A stretch of DNA of 32,000 nt from an uncultured Chloroflexia bacterium (GTDB taxonomy: Bacteria > Chloroflexota > Ktedonobacteria > Ktedonobacterales > JADMIN01). The position numbers were made by a program, and so were the translations under genes. The DNA is taken from NCBI GenBank assembly GCA_963718915.1, contig CAVRAI010000001.1, forward strand, positions 390,001 to 422,000, read 5' to 3'. Position 1 is the first letter of the stretch, and each line of letters begins with the position of its first letter. Below are positions 1 to 5,828 of this stretch, piece after piece. The notes under the pieces are model-generated. The model did not search any database, was not told the origin of the DNA, and saw only the letters and a list, made by a program, of their open reading frames with translations.

Positions 1-529
1 ACGCCACACGCGGACATTCCGCCGCCTGCGCCGCCGCCGACCGCGCCTGCTCGATACGCGCCTCCAGCGAGGTGACGAGCGTGCGGCTGGCCTTCAGGTG
101 GTTGGTGGCTTCGCCCAGCATCTCGATATCGCCCAGCATATCGCTCAGCGAGACCGGCTCCAGATTGATGACTTCAGGGATATGGGGCAGGTCGCGGATG
201 GCGTCGAGCACGTCTTCCATATCCACCGCGCAGACCGCGCAGAGCTGTTGCGTGAGAACCAGGTCGGGCTTCAACTCGGCCAGCAACTCGCGATCAATCG
301 TGTAGAGCGAGTGCGCGTTGCTCGCAAGCTGCGCGCGCACGGCGGCGTCTATCTCACCGCTGGACATCTCGGGCTTGAGCCGCGAGCGCGTGATCTGCGG
401 CTTGCCGAGCACAACCGAGGGATAGTCGCACTCGTGGGTCACGGCGACCAGCAGCTCAGACAACCCTAGCGCGCAGATGATTTCGGTGGCGCTGGGCAGC
501 AGCGAGATAATACGCGGGGCGTGCAACAT
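1..529 (-). CDS. Periplasmic-binding-protein-like (BtuF/FecB type, cobalamin or Fe-siderophore ABC substrate-binding family) protein, N-terminal part; continues past window edge
   Basis: Absent from the ORF track because it stays open to position 1. Reverse-strand ATG at 529-527 is preceded by GAGGTG. My translation is MLHAPRIISLLPSATEIICALGLSELLVAVTHECDYPSVVLGKPQITRSRL..., which matches the conserved N-terminus of this family (RI.SL.PS.TE...ALG....LV.VT.ECDYP). Confidence 0.65.
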   Translation of the reverse strand, partial: MLHAPRIISLLPSATEIICALGLSELLVAVTHECDYPSVVLGKPQITRSRLKPEMSSGEIDAAVRAQLASNAHSLYTIDRELLAELKPDLVLTQQLCAVCAVDMEDVLDAIRDLPHIPEVINLEPVSLSDMLGDIEMLGEATNHLKASRTLVTSLEARIEQARSAAAQAAECPRVA

Positions 530-611
530 GGAACACCTCACAGGTACGCTATCGCGAACGAGCCAGCTATCCGCCGCCGCGTCTGGATGGCTCCAGGGGT
601 AACACGGGTGA

Positions 612-1007
612 TCAATTCGCGGTCATGACAATCTGTCTGGCCCAGCGCAGGACGACCCGCGCGTTATCCAGTAGTTGCTGCGCGGTGTCGGGGCCAACCG
701 CGTCGTCAGCCAGCTCGGCAGGCAGATCATCCGTCAGGAAATTGGCTGGATGATAGGGCGTCAGCGTATCCAGGATATCCAGCAGGTCGGGCGGCGCGTT
801 CACCAGCATACCCAGCGCGCGCAGGTCGTGATCGTAGGTGGCGCGCGCGTCGTGGCTGAGCACGTAGACCGCTTGCAGCGACTTCTCGGCCACCTGATTC
901 GCCAGGTCGGCGCAGTTATAGTAGTTGGAGGCAGCCAGCGCCAGACCCGCGCTGGAGTGATCCTGCGCCGCCTCCGCCCAGATGCCCAGCGCCTCATCGA
1001 GACTCAT
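612..1007 (-). CDS. HEPN domain protein (orphan; no adjacent nucleotidyltransferase partner seen)
   Basis: 131-aa helical ORF with an AAGGAGG RBS 9 nt upstream (revcomp of 1016-1022). It has AEKSLQAVYVL...HDARATYDHDLRAL, which gives an R-x4-H motif (R55, H60) at the position typical of HEPN domains. Confidence 0.7.
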   Translation of the reverse strand: MSLDEALGIWAEAAQDHSSAGLALAASNYYNCADLANQVAEKSLQAVYVLSHDARATYDHDLRALGMLVNAPPDLLDILDTLTPYHPANFLTDDLPAELADDAVGPDTAQQLLDNARVVLRWARQIVMTAN

Positions 1008-1053
1008 GCGAACCGCCTCCTTACCGATATGATGTAAATGGGCGCTGAAATCC

Positions 1054-1221
1054 CTGGCGGCTGAAGCCGCAGCTAAGGGCTAACGCCGCAAAGTCCGCCT
1101 GCGCGGACTCCAGATCAGCATAGGCATTAGCTTGCTCTCTGGAGCCTGTGTAGGCAGGCTTTGCGGACGCGCTTGCGCGTCCCCTAGGCGCGACTTTAGT
1201 CGCCAGCCATCGTGGCGCGCG
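1054..1221. repeat. Mosaic of short GC-rich hairpin units (BIME/REP-like), copy A
   Basis: Perfect small hairpins: GCGGC-tgaa-GCCGC (1057-1070), AGTCCGC-ctgc-GCGGACT (1092-1109), GGACGCG-cttg-CGCGTCC (1165-1182) and GCGACT-tt-AGTCGC (1190-1203). The same units occur in the same order at 20918-21113. Confidence 0.75.
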
Positions 1222-1252
1222 AACACATCACACCGCGACCACCTGCTCCATG

Positions 1253-2590
1253 TCAACTCGCCAGGTCGGCGGCCAGAATGGCAGGCAACTCGGCGATGGC
1301 GACGCGGCGCTGCGCCATGCTGTCGCGCTCGCGAATCGTCACCTGCTGATCCTCCAGGCTCTGGAAATCCACCGTGATGCAGTACGGCGTGCCGATCTCG
1401 TCCTGCCGCCGGTAGCGCTTGCCGATGTTGCCGCCGGTATCGTCGTACTGCGTCAGGCCCAGCCCGCGAATTGAATTGTGTACCTCGTGGGCCAGATTCA
1501 CCAGCGGCTCCTTGCGGGAGAGCGGCATCACCGCCGCCTTCACCGGGGCCAGCTTCTTGCTCAGCCGCAAGACCACGCGCTTCTCCCCCTCGACGATCTC
1601 TTCGTCGTAGGCGTCGCAGAGGAAGGCGAGCGAGGTACGGTCGGCGCCCGCGGACGTCTCGATAATGAACGGCACATAGCGCCGCTGAGTGGCGTCATCG
1701 AAGTAGCTCAGGTCTTTGCCGCTGAACTCGATGTGCCGCCGCAGGTCGAAGTCCGTCCGGTCGTGAATGCCCTCGATCTCGCGCGGGCCGAACGGGAACT
1801 CGTAATAGACATCCACCGCCGCGCGGGCATAGTGCGCCAGTTCGTCGGGGCCGTGCGGATGGAAGGTGAGATGGTCGCGCTTTATGCCGAGATTGAGATA
1901 CCACTGGAACCGCTGCTCACGCCAGTAGTCGAACCACTGCGTCTCGGACTCGGGGTCGATGAAAAACTGCATCTCCATCTGCTCGAACTCGCGCATGCGA
2001 TAGGTGAAGTTGCCGGGGCTAATCTCGTTGCGGAACGCCTTGCCGATCTGCGCGATGCCAAAGGGCAGCTTCCGGCGCATGCTCTGCTGCACGTTCTCGA
2101 AGTTGACGTAGATGCCCTGCGCCGTCTCTGGCCGCAGATAGACCAGCCCGGCATCCTCTTCGATTGGCCCCATGTACGTCTTGAACATCAGGTTGAACTG
2201 GCGCGGCGCGGTGAGCGTGCCACGCTTGCCGCAGGTGGGGCAGACATCTGGGTCGCCGCTCATCTCCTCCACATGGTCGGCGCGGAACCGGCCCTTGCAG
2301 TTGGTGCAGTCCACCATCGGGTCGGTGAAGACATCCTCATGGCCAGATGCCTGCCAGACACGGCGCGCCATCAGGATGCTGGCGTCCAGGCCCACCACAT
2401 CATCGCGCACGCGGGTCATTGTATCCCACCAGCTGCGCTTGACGTTGTTCTTGAACTCGACGCCGAGTGGGCCATAGTCGAAGACCGCGTTGATTCCGCC
2501 GTAGATTTCGCTGCTGGGGAAAATGTAACCGCGCCGTTTGCACAGCGAGATTATGTCCTGCATTCGGTCGTTGCTTGCGCTCTTATCCAT
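1253..2590 (-). CDS. glyQS: Glycine--tRNA ligase (class II, dimeric GlyQS type)
   Basis: MDKSASNDRMQDIISLCKRRGYIFPSSEIYGGINAVFDYGPLGVEFKNNVK... is the hallmark GlyRS N-terminus, and the C-terminal anticodon-binding region is present. I prefer the ATG at 2590 (RBS GGAGCGGGGGAAGG just upstream) over the GTG at 2614 given in the ORF track. Confidence 0.95.
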   Translation of the reverse strand: MDKSASNDRMQDIISLCKRRGYIFPSSEIYGGINAVFDYGPLGVEFKNNVKRSWWDTMTRVRDDVVGLDASILMARRVWQASGHEDVFTDPMVDCTNCKGRFRADHVEEMSGDPDVCPTCGKRGTLTAPRQFNLMFKTYMGPIEEDAGLVYLRPETAQGIYVNFENVQQSMRRKLPFGIAQIGKAFRNEISPGNFTYRMREFEQMEMQFFIDPESETQWFDYWREQRFQWYLNLGIKRDHLTFHPHGPDELAHYARAAVDVYYEFPFGPREIEGIHDRTDFDLRRHIEFSGKDLSYFDDATQRRYVPFIIETSAGADRTSLAFLCDAYDEEIVEGEKRVVLRLSKKLAPVKAAVMPLSRKEPLVNLAHEVHNSIRGLGLTQYDDTGGNIGKRYRRQDEIGTPYCITVDFQSLEDQQVTIRERDSMAQRRVAIAELPAILAADLAS

Positions 2591-2693
2591 ACGTACCTTC
2601 CCCCGCTCCATCACAGCGATGAGCCACGGCTACCATGTGGCTATGCCTCGCCAGAGTGTCCTCGTGATCCTCGCTGGCAGAGACGCGATGCGC

Positions 2694-2729
2694 AAAAAAA
2701 GGAAGGCGGGGGAACTCGCCCCTGCCTTC
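2694..2729 (-). terminator. Intrinsic-terminator-like hairpin plus U7 tract inside the glyQS 5' leader
   Basis: Minus strand reads GAAGGCAGGGG-cgaguu-CCCCCGCCUUC followed by C and UUUUUUU. That is an 11-position stem with one C.A mismatch. It lies about 60 nt after the predicted TSS and about 100 nt before the glyQS ATG. Confidence 0.6.
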
Positions 2730-2793
2730 GCGGCGTCTACTCTGCACAGCGACATAGCTGAACTGATGTCTGGCTGGGCCACACTTCAACGGA

Positions 2794-2822
2794 ATTCTAT
2801 CCCGTGCGGGGAGGGCTGTCAA
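2794..2822 (-). promoter_or_regulatory. Sigma70-type promoter for glyQS leader (TTGACA-17-TAGAAT)
   Basis: Minus strand has TTGACA (2822-2817), a 17-nt spacer and TAGAAT (2799-2794). This is a near-consensus match by eye. Confidence 0.6.
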
Positions 2823-2831
2823 TGACGGTAC

Positions 2832-2913
2832 CTGGCACGAATAGTGTTGCGTGAACCCGTATCTACGGTATAATGCGCGCGGCACTACCCGGCACATCAG
2901 GAGGCGTCCGGTG
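2832..2913 (+). promoter_or_regulatory. 82-bp repeat copy 1: TTGCGT-16-TATAAT promoter plus conserved 40-nt leader, pointing into the 3' end of the minus-strand TIR gene
   Basis: 76/82 identical to 4880-4961 by hand alignment. -35 at 2847-2852 and -10 at 2869-2874. The 50 nt TACGGTATAATGCGCGCGGCACTACCCGGCACATCAGGAGGCGTCCGGTG are identical in both copies. Confidence 0.6.
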
Positions 2914-3037
2914 TTGAGCTTTGCTCTCACGCGCTGATCATCCTGAAACGAATTGCACCTCATTGTACTCATGCCCAGCCATCGCATAGCAGAACATGGA
3001 TTCGCATCTTCACAAAGTTTATATGATCCACTTAAAA

Positions 3038-4681
3038 CTAGGCACTCTCTGTTAGCCTACTCAAAAGGCCACGCATTTCAAGCTCCCTCTTATGGAGAAG
3101 ATCTGCCATATCATAATCTTGATGTTGTAAGGCAATGTCTTTCTCGAACATAAGGGCTTCTAGCGCTTGCGGGATTGATAGTTTTTCGGCGTTTTCAGAG
3201 CTTCCAGAATTCTTAAGCGCTTCGATAACAGCTGCCCGCACCCTTTCGAGATTGACACCTAGAGCTTCCAGCACTCCAGCGGCGATGCCCTCACCCTCCC
3301 GCACCATTCCCAAGAGCAAATGCTCGGTACCAACGTAGTGATGGTTCAGTCGCCGTGCCTCATCAACTGCAAGCTGGAGTATTGTTTTGGAGCGTGGCGT
3401 CAACCCTATCTGGCTCGATTCAACATGGTCGCCACGCCCAATGATAAATTCGACAGCACTACGCACCTTGCCAAGTTCGATTCCCAACTTGGCCAATACC
3501 CTGCCAGCTACTCCGTTGCCTTCACGTACCAGTCCTAGCAATAGATGTTCGGACCCAATGTAGTTATGCTCGAAGCGCCGCGCTTCATTCTCTGCCAGGT
3601 GCAACACAGAGTGAGCACGCTCAGTAAAAAAGTCTAATTTGTCAATATCACCAGGCGTACGGTATGATTCAAACGACATGTCTGGCAAGCTTCTCTTCAT
3701 TAACAGTGATTTGCCAGCAATCCCATCTTCCGCTTGCCGTTTCCATCCCTGCCATTCGACACTTGTGGCATCGAATTGGACCCCACGCTGACAGACTTTC
3801 AACGCTTTGTCCCATTGGCCGAGCGCGAGTAACCACTGCACCTGTTCTCGCAAGATTTGTTCGCGCTTCTCTCGTCCATGGGTGCAGACATAGGCATTCT
3901 CCCAGGCCAATTGGGCTGCTTCAATATCTGGTGCGTCCTGGGCCATCAGCCATCGTGCCAATATTTGCCAGTAATCGCCCCTGAATTCATTTATTTCTAG
4001 CGCGTGCCGCAGATTCGCAAGCGCATTTTGCTGTTCGCCAAGCCTATATTGGGCTTGAGCCAATTCTGCATAAATGCGCTCATCGCGCGTGTTATCAGAA
4101 AATACGAGCGCCCTTTGCGCAAAGAGCATTACATCGTGCCACAGTTCCTGGTGAAAAGCCTCATGCACCTCATTGGCCAATGCAAGTGAACGTTCTGCCT
4201 GAGGGGCTAGTGCTAATGCATCTTTATCAGTTGCGCGCTCTGAAGCGGTTCCACTAATTACGCGTCCTGAGCTCTGCCAGTGAGCTTCCAGGATGTCTGG
4301 CGGCTGTTCTGGTGAGAGATCCACCTGTTGGAATAGATGCAGGAACGAGGAAAGTCTGCTGATGTCGGTCCGTGTCAGGGTTGGATCAATACTTATAGGG
4401 ATAATGCGATGAGTACGGACCGAAAAGGTTAGATCAAGCGCGAGGCGTGTTTCTGCGCGAACCCAGGTCGCCACGACACTATGTTTAGAGAGGACAAGAA
4501 GAAAGATTGGACGACCCTCCAACTCCGTCTGTATACGGTCGAGCCAATCATCTCCGCTCTGCAGTTGCTCGCGGTCATAGAATGCGTCCATGCCCATAGT
4601 CGCTGTAAGCCACGTGTAAAGACGTTCACAAAAAGGGGTATCGAAATGCGAGTGGCTAATGAAGATTTTTTCCCCTGCCAT
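3038..4681 (-). CDS. TIR - TPR-like repeats - double Clp_N repeat - UVR-like motif fusion protein (547 aa)
   Basis: TIR: KIFISHSHFD and LLVLSKHSVVATWVRAE (Glu77). TPR-like helices span aa ~165-315. Clp_N x2: ARRFEHNYIGSEHLLLGLVREGNGVAGRVLAKLGI and ARRLNHHYVGTEHLLLGMVREGEGIAAGVLEALGV. UVR-like: KDIALQHQDYDMADLLHKRELEMRGLL. RBS GAAGGGA lies 7 nt before the ATG. Confidence 0.85.
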   Translation of the reverse strand: MAGEKIFISHSHFDTPFCERLYTWLTATMGMDAFYDREQLQSGDDWLDRIQTELEGRPIFLLVLSKHSVVATWVRAETRLALDLTFSVRTHRIIPISIDPTLTRTDISRLSSFLHLFQQVDLSPEQPPDILEAHWQSSGRVISGTASERATDKDALALAPQAERSLALANEVHEAFHQELWHDVMLFAQRALVFSDNTRDERIYAELAQAQYRLGEQQNALANLRHALEINEFRGDYWQILARWLMAQDAPDIEAAQLAWENAYVCTHGREKREQILREQVQWLLALGQWDKALKVCQRGVQFDATSVEWQGWKRQAEDGIAGKSLLMKRSLPDMSFESYRTPGDIDKLDFFTERAHSVLHLAENEARRFEHNYIGSEHLLLGLVREGNGVAGRVLAKLGIELGKVRSAVEFIIGRGDHVESSQIGLTPRSKTILQLAVDEARRLNHHYVGTEHLLLGMVREGEGIAAGVLEALGVNLERVRAAVIEALKNSGSSENAEKLSIPQALEALMFEKDIALQHQDYDMADLLHKRELEMRGLLSRLTESA

Positions 4682-4719
4682 GGATAAATCCCTTCAGAAC
4701 GCTTTTGCGGTTCATGGCA

Positions 4720-4748
4720 ATTGTAACTCTAGTAGCTTCCTACGTCAA
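4720..4748 (-). promoter_or_regulatory. Sigma70-type promoter of the TIR-Clp_N gene (TTGACG-17-TACAAT)
   Basis: Minus strand has TTGACG (4748-4743), a 17-nt spacer and TACAAT (4725-4720), about 40 nt upstream of the ATG at 4681. Confidence 0.55.
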
Positions 4749-4879
4749 ACATGCATTAATCACTTTTTGGAAGATGGTTGGCTACCTAATCTGCATAAGT
4801 CTCTTGGGACAGGAGGTGCCGCATCGTGAAGACTGGCAGCGTAAAACCTAACTTGCCTTTGTACGACAAGGCTGTGCAG

Positions 4880-4961
4880 CTGGCACGAATAGTGTTGCAT
4901 GGATGCGCATGTACGGTATAATGCGCGCGGCACTACCCGGCACATCAGGAGGCGTCCGGTG
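4880..4961 (+). promoter_or_regulatory. 82-bp repeat copy 2: TTGCAT-16-TATAAT promoter plus conserved leader upstream of the 5011 gene
   Basis: Direct repeat of 2832-2913. -35 at 4895-4900 and -10 at 4917-4922. The leader continues about 50 nt to the ATG at 5011. Confidence 0.6.
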
Positions 4962-5010
4962 AACGGGGCATGCGGGGACACGCGGGGGCGCGTGAAGAAA
5001 AGGCAGGGGC

Positions 5011-5793
5011 ATGGGCGAGGATACAGAACAACGCGATGTCATGGTCGAACCGGAAGAGACGCCCAGAGAGAGCAAGAACCCATCGTCGCCCACCGCATCG
5101 GATCAGGCGGCTGATGAGCCGCGACTGGTGCGGCGAATCGCTCCGTGGGCGATGGCGGTCATCGCGCTGATCCTCGTCGGTATGCTGGCGTTGCTCTTCG
5201 CGGACACACACTCGACCGACGCCGCCGTGCGCCTAACGCCGACCGCCACGCCCGCGCCGACGATTACCCCCGCGCCGACGGCGACGCCAGAGCCAATCGA
5301 TGGCTTCCAATTCTATCGCGATCCCGCGAGCCACTTTATCATCCAGTATCCCCTGAACTGGGAGGTCTCCTCCGATAACACGAGCCAGGGCATCGAGTTT
5401 TGCGACGACTGCACGAATCCCGGCTATATCGTTCAGGTCAACACGCCGAGCAATCTGGGCGATGTTGGGCCGCCACCCAACCAGAGCTCCGCCGCCGACT
5501 GGGTGACCTATGCGTTGAATGGACTCGCCTCGCATCTACAATCCGGCACCCTGACGGTGCAAGGCCCACAGCAGGCCATCGTGATCGGCGGGGTGGTCTG
5601 GCAGAGCGGCGGCGCGACGGTCTCTGACAGCAGTGGCGGCGCGCGCTTCCGGGTGCAGGTCTATGCGACGGTCTATGAAGGGAAGCCCTACATTCTGGTA
5701 CTCTCTACCACAGAGGATCGCTTCACCGCCGGAACCATTCAGTTCTTTGGGCCAATGCTGCAGAGCTTCGAGTTTATTCCGCAGACGCCGTAG
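5011..5793 (+). CDS. Membrane-anchored hypothetical protein: acidic N-terminus, one TM helix, Pro/Thr linker, extracytoplasmic alpha/beta domain
   Basis: 260-aa ORF. TM helix WAMAVIALILVGMLALLF and linker TPTATPAPTITPAPTATPEP. The C-terminal domain (FIIQYPLNWEV...YILVLSTTEDRF) resembles PsbP/DcrB-like folds, but I cannot confirm that. Confidence 0.6.
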   Translation: MGEDTEQRDVMVEPEETPRESKNPSSPTASDQAADEPRLVRRIAPWAMAVIALILVGMLALLFADTHSTDAAVRLTPTATPAPTITPAPTATPEPIDGFQFYRDPASHFIIQYPLNWEVSSDNTSQGIEFCDDCTNPGYIVQVNTPSNLGDVGPPPNQSSAADWVTYALNGLASHLQSGTLTVQGPQQAIVIGGVVWQSGGATVSDSSGGARFRVQVYATVYEGKPYILVLSTTEDRFTAGTIQFFGPMLQSFEFIPQTP

Positions 5794-5828
5794 CCTCGGT
5801 ATGTCCCGCTAGAGGAGCCAGATTCGCC

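Noticed and set aside
1478-2761. Long ORFs antisense to confident genes: 1478-2761(+), 6456-7169(-), 7571-8386(-), 10550-11752(-), 12723-13604(-), 14432-15187(-), 18197-18763(-), 19364-20179(-), 19734-20363(-), 21303-22229(-)
   Set aside because: These are typical high-GC shadow ORFs. They are Arg/Ala/Gly/Pro-rich low-complexity translations with no recognisable motifs and no convincing RBS. Each overlaps a gene with clear family signatures on the other strand or in another frame.
2591-2830. T-box riboswitch upstream of glyQS
   Set aside because: It was expected from the biology, and GAAGGCA (a possible GGC specifier context) is present. However, that sequence is part of the terminator stem, and only ~60 nt separate the predicted TSS from the terminator. 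I also cannot find Stem I distal elements or the T-box consensus. An Infernal scan would be decisive.
2833-2850. Sigma54 promoter (TGGCACG...TTGC) inside the 82-bp repeat
   Set aside because: TGGCACG and TTGC are separated by 7 nt, not the 4 nt needed for the -24/-12 geometry. The overlapping TTGCGT-16-TATAAT sigma70 reading fits better.
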